This document shows positions 1 to 9,097 of a stretch of 50,230 nucleotides of DNA, piece after piece. The first letter of the stretch is position 1. Every line of letters starts with the position of its first letter. The position numbers and the translations under genes are program-made. Below the pieces are notes generated by a model that was given only the letters and a program-made list of their open reading frames with translations, was not told the DNA's origin and ran no database searches. Source of the stretch: Candidatus Terrybacteria bacterium RIFCSPHIGHO2_01_FULL_43_35 (GTDB lineage Bacteria > Patescibacteriota > Minisyncoccia > Terrybacterales > GWB1-40-14); the NCBI GenBank assembly GCA_001822815.1, contig MHSR01000025.1:1-50230 (forward strand), read 5' to 3'.

Positions 1-30
1 TGCTATGAGTAGTTGAGTATTATGTGTCAT
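1..30 (-). CDS. 5' end of a gene running off the left edge (MTHNTQLLIA...)
   Basis: Minus-strand ATG at 30-28 with GGAGG SD at 37-33; open to the window edge. Confidence 0.5.
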   Translation of the reverse strand, partial: MTHNTQLLIA

Positions 31-83
31 TACCTCCATGATACGGAGGTGTCAGATATGATCGTATAGCATACCTTTTAACA

Positions 84-112
84 TTGACGCAACAAAGAAT
101 GTATGGTACAGT
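84..112 (+). promoter_or_regulatory. sigma70-type promoter for ORF 144..686
   Basis: TTGACG (84-89), 17-nt spacer, TACAGT (107-112) with TGn extension; GAGGT SD-like downstream. Confidence 0.55.
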
Positions 113-143
113 TTTTTAAAGAATATAGTGAGGTCTTTGAAAA

Positions 144-686
144 ATGCCGCATGTGCTTAAATGGATCATTACTCCATTTGGCTCGCTTAATCAATTTTTG
201 GCTGTGTACTTATTCTTTTTGATCACCCGTTTTGCAGATATGGCAACCACTCAATATTTTTTAAGCAGATATTCGTGGTCCGTTGAGATGGAAACGAACC
301 TTGTGGGGCGCATTTTACTGCAAAATTTTGACTTCACGAGCGTTGTAGCTGGAAACATTATTTTATCCTCTATTCTTTTAATTCTTGTGGCTCAATACCT
401 TTTTTGGGCTTTATATAAGCTATATCCAGCAAGAAAACCAACAGGCTTGTCGTTGCGTGGCGTTTATGCATTAATAGCCGGTTTTTCTGTTCAAGGAACG
501 CTTATTGTGCTGTGGAACATGGAGTTGTTTCCTCACGATATTCAATATTCCATCATGAATGCCTTATCTTGGCCTCATTATAATTGGTTAGGGATTTGGC
601 TGGGAGCAATTTTACAGGTAATACTGTGTGTAGTTGTGATAGTAATCTTGAAATTGCCTGCAAAAAATAATAGTCCCGCCGGATAG
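144..686 (+). CDS. multi-pass membrane hypothetical protein (DUF5658-like)
   Basis: 180 aa with about 4-5 hydrophobic segments; DMATT...EMETNL resembles the D..T...E.NP pattern; has promoter and terminator. Confidence 0.65.
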   Translation: MPHVLKWIITPFGSLNQFLAVYLFFLITRFADMATTQYFLSRYSWSVEMETNLVGRILLQNFDFTSVVAGNIILSSILLILVAQYLFWALYKLYPARKPTGLSLRGVYALIAGFSVQGTLIVLWNMELFPHDIQYSIMNALSWPHYNWLGIWLGAILQVILCVVVIVILKLPAKNNSPAG

Positions 687-700
687 TTCGGCGGTTTTTT
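676..700 (+). terminator. Rho-independent terminator
   Basis: CCGCCGGA-TAG-TTCGGCGG hairpin followed by T6. Confidence 0.75.
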
Positions 701-740
701 GTTCTTTTATGTAGGCGTAAAAATGTTGTATTATAAGCTT

Positions 741-854
741 ATGGAGCAGTCTAAAATCAAAAAACATTGTTGGATATGTATTTTGGCGCCTTTGGCATTC
801 ATAATTTTCGCCATCAGCGCGGTATTTTTTGTTTTTTGGCGTTCTGGGCATTAA
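741..854 (+). CDS. 37-aa single-TM small protein (not in ORF track)
   Basis: MEQSKIKKHCWICILAPLAFIIFAISAVFFVFWRSGH*; TATTAT -10 box 6 nt before ATG; ends 9 nt before nth. Confidence 0.55.
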   Translation: MEQSKIKKHCWICILAPLAFIIFAISAVFFVFWRSGH

Positions 855-863
855 AGTTTAAAT

Positions 864-1535
864 ATGCACAAGACATTTTTTGCCGCCAATCCAAAACATA
901 AAGAAGTATTGGTCATACTGAAGAAAACATATCCCGAGGCTACAATAGCTTTAAAGTACGGCAATAATATCCAACTCTTGGTGGCGGTTATTCTATCTGC
1001 CCAATGTACGGACAAGAAGGTTAATGAGGTTACGGGAGATTTATTTAAAAAATATAAAACCGCGAAAGATTTTACGAATGCCAATATCAAAACTTTTGAG
1101 CAGGAAATAAGATCAACCGGTTTTTATCATAATAAAGCCCGCAATATTATTGCCGCCTGCAAAATAATTGAAAAGAGTTTTAACGGAGAGGTTCCCAAAA
1201 CCATGGAAGAAATACTAACTTTGCCTGGGGTAGCGCGCAAAACCGCTAATGTTGTTCTCGGCAATGCGTATGGAGTAGTAGGGGGCATTGCGGTAGATAC
1301 GCATGTTAAACGTCTATCTCAACGTTTAGGATTCTCACAATATGACAATCCGATAAAAATAGAAAAGGACTTAACGGAACTTTTCCCGAAGAAATATTGG
1401 TTTGGCTTAACTTATATCCTAATTGAACACGGTCGAGCCATTTGCAAGGCGCCAACACCACTATGCGAAAAGTGTCCTGTGGCAAAATTATGTCCGACAG
1501 GAATTAAACGCCAGGGTTTAAATGTAAAATTATGA
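864..1535 (+). CDS. nth: endonuclease III
   Basis: LVAVILSAQCTD, HhH LPGVARKTAN, AVDTHV, C-terminal 4Fe-4S C-x6-C-x2-C-x5-C. Confidence 0.97.
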   Translation: MHKTFFAANPKHKEVLVILKKTYPEATIALKYGNNIQLLVAVILSAQCTDKKVNEVTGDLFKKYKTAKDFTNANIKTFEQEIRSTGFYHNKARNIIAACKIIEKSFNGEVPKTMEEILTLPGVARKTANVVLGNAYGVVGGIAVDTHVKRLSQRLGFSQYDNPIKIEKDLTELFPKKYWFGLTYILIEHGRAICKAPTPLCEKCPVAKLCPTGIKRQGLNVKL

Positions 1536-2167
1536 TTGAAAATATTAAATGGTTTAAACAATCTGGTTTTCTGTTTGATGGCACAAGTAATGTTTATATA
1601 GACCCCTGGGATATACCAGCCGGATATCCTAAAGCAGATATTATTTTGATAACTCATGCGCACGCAGATCATTTTGATATATCTACGATACGAAACCTTG
1701 CGCATAAAGATACGCAAATTGTTGCGCCGCACGATGTATCTATAGAGCTTAAAATGGAAGGATGTAACGTCATAAAAGTTGGCCCAGAAGAAACCCAAAA
1801 TATCCTTGGTATAAATATAGAAGTCTTTCCGGCATATAACTTAAATAAATCCTATCATCCGCGTAATAATAACTGGGTCGGATATATCATAGACATAAAT
1901 GGAAAACGTTATTATCATGCCGGCGATACCGATCATATTCCCGAAATGTCTAACATCAAATGTGATGTAGCGTTATTGCCGATAGGCGGAACATACACCA
2001 TGGATGTAAAGGAAGCCGTTGAGGCGGCTTCTGTCATTAACCCTAAACTGGCCGTGCCAATGCATTATGGGTTTGTGGTGGGCAAAAAAGAGGATGGAGA
2101 TATGTTTAAGCAAAAATCTACCGTTCCGGTTGAATTAATGTTGCCGATAGTGTCGTTTGAAAGGTAA
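1532..2167 (+). CDS. MBL-fold metallo-hydrolase
   Basis: THAHADH, YHAGDT, LPIGG and PMHY motifs. Confidence 0.92.
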   Translation: MIENIKWFKQSGFLFDGTSNVYIDPWDIPAGYPKADIILITHAHADHFDISTIRNLAHKDTQIVAPHDVSIELKMEGCNVIKVGPEETQNILGINIEVFPAYNLNKSYHPRNNNWVGYIIDINGKRYYHAGDTDHIPEMSNIKCDVALLPIGGTYTMDVKEAVEAASVINPKLAVPMHYGFVVGKKEDGDMFKQKSTVPVELMLPIVSFER

Positions 2168-2214
2168 TGTAGGAGGATCTTGACTGTTCGGGGGGCGGTA
2201 GAATAATAAAGATA

Positions 2215-2310
2215 GCGCAAAATGTAAAGCTAAAGGCGTAAAACATAAAGCATAGAGCGGGAGGCGTAAAATAATATTTTGCACCTTTCACTTTAAGCTT
2301 TACACTTTTA
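2215..2310. repeat. heptamer-repeat inverted element (A-rich arm and T-rich arm)
   Basis: GCGCAAA ATGTAAA GCTAAAG GCGTAAA ... CCTTTCA CTTTAAG CTTTACA; TGTAAAGCT/AGCTTTACA pair perfectly. Confidence 0.7.
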
Positions 2311-2311
2311 T

Positions 2312-2752
2312 ATGCTAAATCCAGAACAAGGCGGCCCATCGCCTGAAGAGATGGGATTAGATAAGTGGGGAGCTCCTCTAAAACCAGAAAGAAAGCTACA
2401 AGTTGACAAGGAACATCTAACAGAAATATTACATAGAGGCTCTTACAAAGGTGGTAGGGGGACTTCACATTTTTATCAAAACGAAAATGGTCAGAAAGCC
2501 AGGTTGGCGAGAAGCGAACTAAGAGCTGCGGAAAAGTTGGTGGTGCCAGAAGGAAGAACAGCTGAACAGCACGAACAAACCTTAGTTAAAGACTTTAAAG
2601 AACGAATAAAGAATTCAACATCCTTAGACGAATTGTTGCAGACAATAGAAAGTGTGTTACCCGAACTAAAACATCTAGTAGATAATTCTCAGTATAAAGT
2701 CTTGAAGGAGGGCGTGGAAAGGGAAGATGATGCCAAAAAGTATACAGGATAA
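2312..2752 (+). CDS. hypothetical charged protein
   Basis: 146-aa ORF followed by a terminator; no recognised motif. Confidence 0.65.
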   Translation: MLNPEQGGPSPEEMGLDKWGAPLKPERKLQVDKEHLTEILHRGSYKGGRGTSHFYQNENGQKARLARSELRAAEKLVVPEGRTAEQHEQTLVKDFKERIKNSTSLDELLQTIESVLPELKHLVDNSQYKVLKEGVEREDDAKKYTG

Positions 2753-2757
2753 ATAGA

Positions 2758-2786
2758 AAAAATGCCCAGTACAACTGGGCATTTTT
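2758..2786. terminator. Rho-independent terminator (bidirectional geometry)
   Basis: AAAAATGCCCAGT-ACA-ACTGGGCATTTTT perfect 13-bp inverted repeat. Confidence 0.85.
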
Positions 2787-2822
2787 ATTAAGATCGTGAT
2801 GTGCGGAACATCATTAAATAGT

Positions 2823-2850
2823 TTGACGTATATAAATATTTGCGTATTAT
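2823..2850 (+). promoter_or_regulatory. sigma70-type promoter
   Basis: TTGACG-N16-TATTAT upstream of AAGGAG SD and TTG start at 2886. Confidence 0.55.
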
Positions 2851-2885
2851 GAGCGTTGTACGATCTTTAAAAAAGGAGATGCGAA

Positions 2886-3080
2886 TTGCGCGGACAAGAT
2901 AATATCGAGGCGCGCCGCGAACGGATTTATTATGCCGCTCTTGCCCGCGCCGCTCGGCGAGACCGGGCCGTTGCCGCGGCACAAGTAACGGCAATCGGGG
3001 TTGAATCCTACGCACGTTTGGTATGGCTGGCCGAGGAAGCTATGACCTTTGTGCTGCGGATGGCGCGTGGAGAGATATGA
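2886..3080 (+). CDS. small Ala/Arg-rich hypothetical protein (64 aa)
   Basis: AAGGAG SD 7 nt before TTG, upstream promoter, locally higher GC. Confidence 0.55.
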   Translation: MRGQDNIEARRERIYYAALARAARRDRAVAAAQVTAIGVESYARLVWLAEEAMTFVLRMARGEI

Positions 3081-3122
3081 ATTTCGTCTGTGCTAGCATC
3101 AACACGACCGTATTATAAGCGA

Positions 3123-3149
3123 AAAAACAGCCGCAAAACGACTGTTTTT
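3123..3149 (-). terminator. terminator after fmt (possibly bidirectional)
   Basis: Minus strand AAAAACAGTCG-TTTTG-CGGCTGTTTTTT. Confidence 0.7.
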
Positions 3150-3180
3150 ATTTTAAGCAACGTTAATGATTTAAACCGAT

Positions 3181-4131
3181 TCAAGAGCGGAGTTCTTGTT
3201 TTATTAAATTGCGGTGACCGTTTAGAAAACTTTTTCCGTCCATTGGTTCGCCGCCTTCTTTTTGGACTTTTTCAATCATTAGGGCGTTTTTACCGCATGC
3301 TACGGCCATTTCACCTGTGTCAGTCAAAAAAACAGTTCCGCTTTCGTATCTTCCATCTTCTATATTCAAAATTCTAACTTCTAATAACTTTAATCTTTTA
3401 CCGTCAGGCAAGAAAGTAAAGGCTCCCGGCCAAGGGTAATAGGCACGTGCTGTTCTATCAATTTCGTCGGCGGATTTTGACCAGTCTATTTTACCATCAT
3501 CTCGGGATATTATTTTTGTAAATGTGGCTAAAGAATGATCTTGCTCTTGCGGTTTTATCCTACCCTCCAGCCATTTGGGCAGAGTTTTAATCAATAATTC
3601 GGCCCCTAAAGAAGCACATCTCTGCGTTAATGAAATATAGGTATCTTTATCATCCACATAGGTTTTTTCTTGTATGATTATCGGTCCATGATCCATTTTT
3701 TCATCGGTAAGCATTAAAGTTACACTGGTTTCTTTTTCGCCGCTCAAGATTACGTTTTGAATAGGGGATGGGCCTCGCCATTTTGGGAGCAATGAGGGAT
3801 GAACATTTATGGAGCCGAACTTAGGTATGTCCAAAATCATCCCTGGTATTATTTTGCCAAAAGCCGCAATAATGATTAAATCTGGATGCAAAGAAACAAT
3901 TTCGTTTAAAAAACCCGGATCTTTTAAATCCGTAGGTTGAATAACTTTAATACCCGCGTCTTGACTCCACAGTTTTATTATTGGACTTTTGAGTTGCTTG
4001 CTTCTCCCAGCAGGTTTATCTATAGATGTAACCACTGCGACTATCTCGTATGAAGCGCAACGCAGTTCATCAAGAATTGGAATACCAAATTCGGAAGAAC
4101 CAAAAAAAATAAGTTTAATTGGCTTACTCAT
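3181..4131 (-). CDS. fmt: methionyl-tRNA formyltransferase
   Basis: IFFGSSEF, NVHPSLLPKWRGPSPIQ, MDHGPI, PWPGA; start moved to ATG 4131, overlapping the def stop. Confidence 0.96.
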   Translation of the reverse strand: MSKPIKLIFFGSSEFGIPILDELRCASYEIVAVVTSIDKPAGRSKQLKSPIIKLWSQDAGIKVIQPTDLKDPGFLNEIVSLHPDLIIIAAFGKIIPGMILDIPKFGSINVHPSLLPKWRGPSPIQNVILSGEKETSVTLMLTDEKMDHGPIIIQEKTYVDDKDTYISLTQRCASLGAELLIKTLPKWLEGRIKPQEQDHSLATFTKIISRDDGKIDWSKSADEIDRTARAYYPWPGAFTFLPDGKRLKLLEVRILNIEDGRYESGTVFLTDTGEMAVACGKNALMIEKVQKEGGEPMDGKSFLNGHRNLIKQELRS

Positions 4132-4633
4132 CGTTTTCTTCTTTAATGTATACGTGCAAACTGTCCGGATCTGCCCGATCAATGAAAAGCTTTCCTTCTA
4201 AATGATCAGTTTCATGCTGTAAAACTCTAGCTAAAAGACCCTTACCGCTTAAGCGGAACTTCTTATTGTTTAGATCATAGGCTTCTACGGTCACCGCTAG
4301 AGCTCGTTTTACTGTTCCAAAGATGCCTCTTACCGAAAGACAACCCTCTTCTCCAACAACTCTTTTGAACGATTTCTTTATTAGTTTGGGGTTTATAAAT
4401 ATATCGGAAGGTAAGTCAATATCCAAAAAGGATTGCTTATCAACAAGAAAAATCCTTTTAGATTCTCCTACTTGAGACGCGGCTATGCCTATACCGTTTA
4501 AAACCTTCATGGTTTGACGCATATCCGTACAAAGATTTTTTAAATGTAAAAAAGAACCGTTTTCTGGCTTAACTGGCTCTGCCGTCTCTCTTAAGATAGG
4601 ATTTGGTTCTTGCAGCGTTTTAAGTATGGACAT
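4124..4633 (-). CDS. def: peptide deformylase
   Basis: GIGIAASQVG, EGCLS, QHETDHLEG; start at ATG 4633. Confidence 0.97.
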   Translation of the reverse strand: MSILKTLQEPNPILRETAEPVKPENGSFLHLKNLCTDMRQTMKVLNGIGIAASQVGESKRIFLVDKQSFLDIDLPSDIFINPKLIKKSFKRVVGEEGCLSVRGIFGTVKRALAVTVEAYDLNNKKFRLSGKGLLARVLQHETDHLEGKLFIDRADPDSLHVYIKEENDE

Positions 4634-4639
4634 AAATAT

Positions 4640-4780
4640 TAAATCCAAATATCAGGGTTCAAATGTCAAATCATAGATTCGATTTCGCTCACCATGACCC
4701 TGAGAAGAGCCGAACGGGTCAAATCTGAATGCTTAAACGTTAAAAGGTGTTTGTAATTTGGATTTTGGAATTTGAGCTTT
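4640..4780. repeat. heptamer-repeat inverted element with nested REP-like hairpin
   Basis: AAATCC-AAATATC...AAATGTC-AAAT arm and TTTGTAA TTTGGAT TTTGGAA TTTGAGC arm; inside TTCGATTTCGCTCACCA-TGACCC..GGGTCA (4678-4721). Confidence 0.6.
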
Positions 4781-4782
4781 AT

Positions 4783-6639
4783 TTATAATATGCTTTCTGG
4801 GTTGACGTCAATATCTAGATTAGCCGGGATTAATTTAGCTAGCCGTTCTTGTAGGGCGGTATTTAAATAATCTTTTGGACCAATAGACTCCTTTAGCAAT
4901 ATATGCCAGCGATAGCGGCCGCGCATTTTATGTATAAAAGCAGGATAGGGTCCGGATATTTCAATCTTCGGTTTTTGCTCTCGTTGCATGGCCCTTATAT
5001 CTTTAAGCAGTATTGCAAGTGCGTGTCGGCCCCTTTCTTCTTTAGTATTTTCAGCTGTGATTTTAATAAGTTTAGTGAAAGGAGGCCAATCAAGTTCTTT
5101 ACGTAATTTCAGTTCATTTTTAATAAAACCTCTCAAGTCGTCGGCGGCTATATATCCAAGAACATCTTGATTGGCTTTATATGTGTTTATAAAGATGCGG
5201 CCGTGTTTTTTAAGAAAAGTCTTTAATTTTTGTATCATATCAAATAACCATTCTTCTGCTTGAAAATTGGGTATGGTCAAAAATTGATCGATATTGGGTA
5301 GACCGATGAAATCAAGAGGCTTCAAGTATTCTTCTATGATTACCTTCGTGGTTATAAGTATTGCGCCAGACGAATCATTAAATTCAGAAACTATCTTTCG
5401 ACGCTTACTCTCGTTTGCGCTTGTTGCATCTACGGTAAATATTTTTGCAGAATTGAACAGTTTTTCAAGACATGAGGCAATCTGATTTGTTGTCAAGCCG
5501 ATGGTTTTGAATTGCCATCCTTCACAATTTGCGCAGGTTTTTGGCGCCGAAATCATTTTGCCGCAATAACGACATATTAATTTCTTTTCGTCGCTAACCG
5601 ATGAAGGTAAGTTTTTATTGCTTTTTGATGTAATTGAATGCAGGGATAAGGGAGAACTGCAAGACGGACATTTTATTATCTCTTTACATTCTTTGCATAT
5701 TAAGCCTCCGGCATCACCTTTTCTTGCCGATACTATTAAGGCACGCCCGCCATTTTTAATAATTTCATCTAAACCGTTCAAGAAACTACGCGAGAATGGA
5801 TATTTCTCAAAACGGATATTATTGGCGCGTAAATTATCTATAACAATTACTTTTTTATCAAACGCCGTATTTATATTTAAAGACTCTTTATTTAAAAAAT
5901 AAGTGCTTTTTGCCGAAGGCATTTGGCCGCCAAACATTATTGTGCAGCTAGCGAGCCTAGCCAACATTTCTGCAGCTTCTCTCGCATCATATTTTGGATG
6001 TTGTAGGGCTTGCTTATGAAAAGGACTATTCTCATCCTCAACAATAATAAGCCCAAGATTGTTTGTTGGCGCGAACAATATTTTTCTTGTTCCCACCAAG
6101 ATTCGATTTACTCCATATTTTCTGATAAGAAAAGCGAATTTTTCTTCAATCCCACTCACTTGTTTTATGGTCGGAACCATCAGAATAATATTTTTGCCTT
6201 GCTTAATTGTTTTATTTATATACTTACTGTATTCTTTAAATCTTTTTGAACCGAAGGTATACTTTTTGGAAAATCCTTCCGCGCTTGAAGTATCGGCTGT
6301 GATAATTTGCCCTTTTTTTATATCGGAAAGGGCATTTTTAAACATGAAACCCAATGGCGTGATATAATATCGAGATACCCATTCAACTAATTTTAATGTG
6401 TTTGAATTTATGACAGGTTCTATAGAAACTATAAAGTTGATGGATTTTAAGGAAGGTACATGCCTGGGTATTATATGATCCTTATTTTTAAGAACAATTC
6501 CTGAGAATGCACGTCTTCCCAGAGGAACATTGACTAAGGAGCCTTCTTGTAGATCCATATCCGATTCATAGCTGAAAATAGATGAGTGCGGACGAGGAAT
6601 ATAAGTCAGCGGCGCAACGTTGATAATATATTTATTCAT
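4783..6639 (-). CDS. priA: primosomal protein N' (PriA) with degenerate helicase motifs
   Basis: N-terminal GSLVNVPLGRR, four CxxC (CKEC, CPSC, CRYC, CANC), WPPFTKL, GPYPA..K.RGRYRWHILLK, DIDVNPESIL; adjacent to def-fmt. Confidence 0.9.
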   Translation of the reverse strand: MNKYIINVAPLTYIPRPHSSIFSYESDMDLQEGSLVNVPLGRRAFSGIVLKNKDHIIPRHVPSLKSINFIVSIEPVINSNTLKLVEWVSRYYITPLGFMFKNALSDIKKGQIITADTSSAEGFSKKYTFGSKRFKEYSKYINKTIKQGKNIILMVPTIKQVSGIEEKFAFLIRKYGVNRILVGTRKILFAPTNNLGLIIVEDENSPFHKQALQHPKYDAREAAEMLARLASCTIMFGGQMPSAKSTYFLNKESLNINTAFDKKVIVIDNLRANNIRFEKYPFSRSFLNGLDEIIKNGGRALIVSARKGDAGGLICKECKEIIKCPSCSSPLSLHSITSKSNKNLPSSVSDEKKLICRYCGKMISAPKTCANCEGWQFKTIGLTTNQIASCLEKLFNSAKIFTVDATSANESKRRKIVSEFNDSSGAILITTKVIIEEYLKPLDFIGLPNIDQFLTIPNFQAEEWLFDMIQKLKTFLKKHGRIFINTYKANQDVLGYIAADDLRGFIKNELKLRKELDWPPFTKLIKITAENTKEERGRHALAILLKDIRAMQREQKPKIEISGPYPAFIHKMRGRYRWHILLKESIGPKDYLNTALQERLAKLIPANLDIDVNPESIL

Positions 6640-6741
6640 ACCCGGTAGAATTATCTCGACTTTTAACAACCAAGTGCTAAAAGGGCGGAGTGAATTAAAA
6701 AGTTAATTGTTTACTTTTGATATATTTTCCCGGCCTTACTT

Positions 6742-6767
6742 GTTCTTTTTGCTAGAGCAAAAAGAAC
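6742..6767. promoter_or_regulatory. perfect 12-bp inverted repeat in the divergent priA/tagA intergenic region
   Basis: GTTCTTTTTGCT-AG-AGCAAAAAGAAC. Confidence 0.5.
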
Positions 6768-6815
6768 TGTCGATATATCTCTACTGGGCATAATAGATGT
6801 ATTATACAGAACTAT

Positions 6816-7604
6816 ATGGATTCAGTATATTCAATAAGAAAAATATCTTTAGCGAATGTCAATATTAGTGTTTTGGATATGAACGAAGCGATTGGTTGGG
6901 CGGGCAGTATTTTAAGTTCTAAAACCAATAAGCCCGCGTTTGTGGTAACGCCAAATCCAGAAATTCTGGTTGAGGCATCGCGAAACAGTTCATTGGTAAA
7001 AGCACTTAATGAAGCCGACATGTCTTTTGCCGACGGAACGGGGTTAATTTTAGCAGCCAAGCTTAAGGGATATAAAATACATAAAATTACTGGCATAGAT
7101 TTTGTTGAAGATCTTATTAGACACCATAAAACAAGCTCGTTAAAAATATTTATAATTGGCGGGTTTGATGATACTGCCAAAAACGCGGCCGTGTTTTTAA
7201 AGAAATGCTTTCCGCGGCATGATTTCCAGGTAGCTTCTTTCGCGCCATTCATAAACCAAGATGGTACGTTCAGTCGCGATTATGAACAAAAGAAAACGCT
7301 TAATGAGATAGTGCATTCCTTTGCGGATATTCTTATAGTTGGTTTCGGCGCCCCAAAACAAGAATTATGGATTTCCAAATACAAAGATAATTTTCCGATG
7401 ATAAAAATTGTTATCGGTATCGGCGGCGCATTGGATATTTGGGCTGGCAACAAAATTCGGGCGCCTAAATTCTTGCGTTTTTTGGGCTTGGAGTGGGCAT
7501 GGCGATTTCTAATAGAACCCAAGCGTGCCAGCCGAATGCTCAACGCCTTATTTGTTTTTCCGCTATTGTTATTAAGGTATGGTCATGAGAAAACTATTAA
7601 ATAA
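6816..7604 (+). CDS. WecB/TagA/CpsF family glycosyltransferase
   Basis: VVTPNPE, ADGTG, GFGAPKQELWI, GIGGALD, RAP...LGLEWAWR. Confidence 0.93.
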   Translation: MDSVYSIRKISLANVNISVLDMNEAIGWAGSILSSKTNKPAFVVTPNPEILVEASRNSSLVKALNEADMSFADGTGLILAAKLKGYKIHKITGIDFVEDLIRHHKTSSLKIFIIGGFDDTAKNAAVFLKKCFPRHDFQVASFAPFINQDGTFSRDYEQKKTLNEIVHSFADILIVGFGAPKQELWISKYKDNFPMIKIVIGIGGALDIWAGNKIRAPKFLRFLGLEWAWRFLIEPKRASRMLNALFVFPLLLLRYGHEKTIK

Positions 7605-9021
7605 TGCTTCACGCATACATTTAATCGGCATTAAGGGCGTGGGTATGACTGCGCTTGCCCAGATTTTATCCGGCTACGACAAAAAAATAACCGGATCTGA
7701 CACTGACGAGCGTTTTTTTACGGATAAAGTACTTAAGCATTTGAAAATCAAAGTTTACCGCCATTTTTCAAGAGAAAATATTGGTGATGTTGATGCGGTT
7801 ATTTGTTCCGCAGCCTATATTCTTGAAAAAGAGGGACAAGTTTTCGGTTTTGGTTCTGCGAAAGAAGAAATAGAGAAGGCCAAAGCAATGAATATTCCGA
7901 TTCTGCTTTATTCTGAAGCAGTTGCCGAAATTTTTAATGCTACATACGGTATTGCCGTTGCCGGCTCTCACGGGAAATCAACCACAAGCGCTATGGCGGC
8001 AGTTATGCTTGAAAATGCTGGCCTTGATCCACTCGCCATAGTTGGCACAAAAGTACTCAATTGGGAGGCAAATGCCAGAATCGCGCAAAATAAAAATTTT
8101 AAAAGCCTTTTTGTGTTGGAAGCAGATGAATATAAGGATGCCTTTTTGAGATATGATCCCAAAACCATAATGCTAACTAATATAGACTGGGATCACCCCG
8201 ATTACTTTAAAACGCCCTTGGCGTATAGAAAATCATTCCAAAAGTTTATTGCTAAATTAAGTAAAAAAGATAAATTTATATTTTTTGTCGATGACCCAGA
8301 GATTAAGGTAATTTCTGTCTCATGTCATGCGGGAATGAAAATAGGATACGGATTTTCTCCAGCAAGCCGTCTGCAGATTGTTTCATGGATCAGTCATAAA
8401 AATGGCAGCAGTTTTTGCTTGTATTTTGATGGCAAAAATATCGGCACATTCGATATACGACTCTTTGGACGACATAACGTTCTGAATGCCGCGGCGGTTG
8501 TAAGCTTAGGATTATCTTTAGGTATACCAAAAGATAAAATACGCCGTGGCTTGTATGCTTTTAAAGGAACGACCAGGCGTTTCGAAATATTATCGGCAAG
8601 TAATCCGGTAATTATAGATGATTACGCCCATCACCCTTCTGAAATAAAAGCCACCATTGGGGCAGCCCGAACAGCCTTCCCGGATAGAAGAATAGTAGTA
8701 TTATTCCAACCGCATACTTTTTCCAGAACCAAGGCGTTGTTTAAAGATTTTGTAGCAGCGTTAAAATTAGCTGATTTGCCATTAATACTGAGAACCTATG
8801 CTTCGGCTAGAGAAAAAGAATCGAGCGGAGGCATAACCTCAGTTGCCCTTTCCAGAAAATTAAAAACATCGCATTATAATAATATTGGTCAGGCCCAAAA
8901 AAATTTAAAGAAAATTTTACATCCGGATGATATATTGATAACCATGGGGGCGGGTAATGTATGGGAGGTAGGGCAATATCTCGCTAAACAACAACTCCAC
9001 GGCAAACAAGCAAGCGGCTAG
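7579..9021 (+). CDS. murC: UDP-N-acetylmuramate--L-alanine ligase
   Basis: IGIKGVGMTALA, AGSHGKSTT, EADEY, DDYAHHPSEI, FQPHTFSRT, MGAG; alternative ATG at 7585. Confidence 0.96.
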   Translation: MVMRKLLNNASRIHLIGIKGVGMTALAQILSGYDKKITGSDTDERFFTDKVLKHLKIKVYRHFSRENIGDVDAVICSAAYILEKEGQVFGFGSAKEEIEKAKAMNIPILLYSEAVAEIFNATYGIAVAGSHGKSTTSAMAAVMLENAGLDPLAIVGTKVLNWEANARIAQNKNFKSLFVLEADEYKDAFLRYDPKTIMLTNIDWDHPDYFKTPLAYRKSFQKFIAKLSKKDKFIFFVDDPEIKVISVSCHAGMKIGYGFSPASRLQIVSWISHKNGSSFCLYFDGKNIGTFDIRLFGRHNVLNAAAVVSLGLSLGIPKDKIRRGLYAFKGTTRRFEILSASNPVIIDDYAHHPSEIKATIGAARTAFPDRRIVVLFQPHTFSRTKALFKDFVAALKLADLPLILRTYASAREKESSGGITSVALSRKLKTSHYNNIGQAQKNLKKILHPDDILITMGAGNVWEVGQYLAKQQLHGKQASG

Positions 9022-9097
9022 ATCGTAAGACTTATCTCTGATGAATGGATGAAATTAAAGACTACCCAAATAAGCTAATTTTTGATAAAATTTAGAT

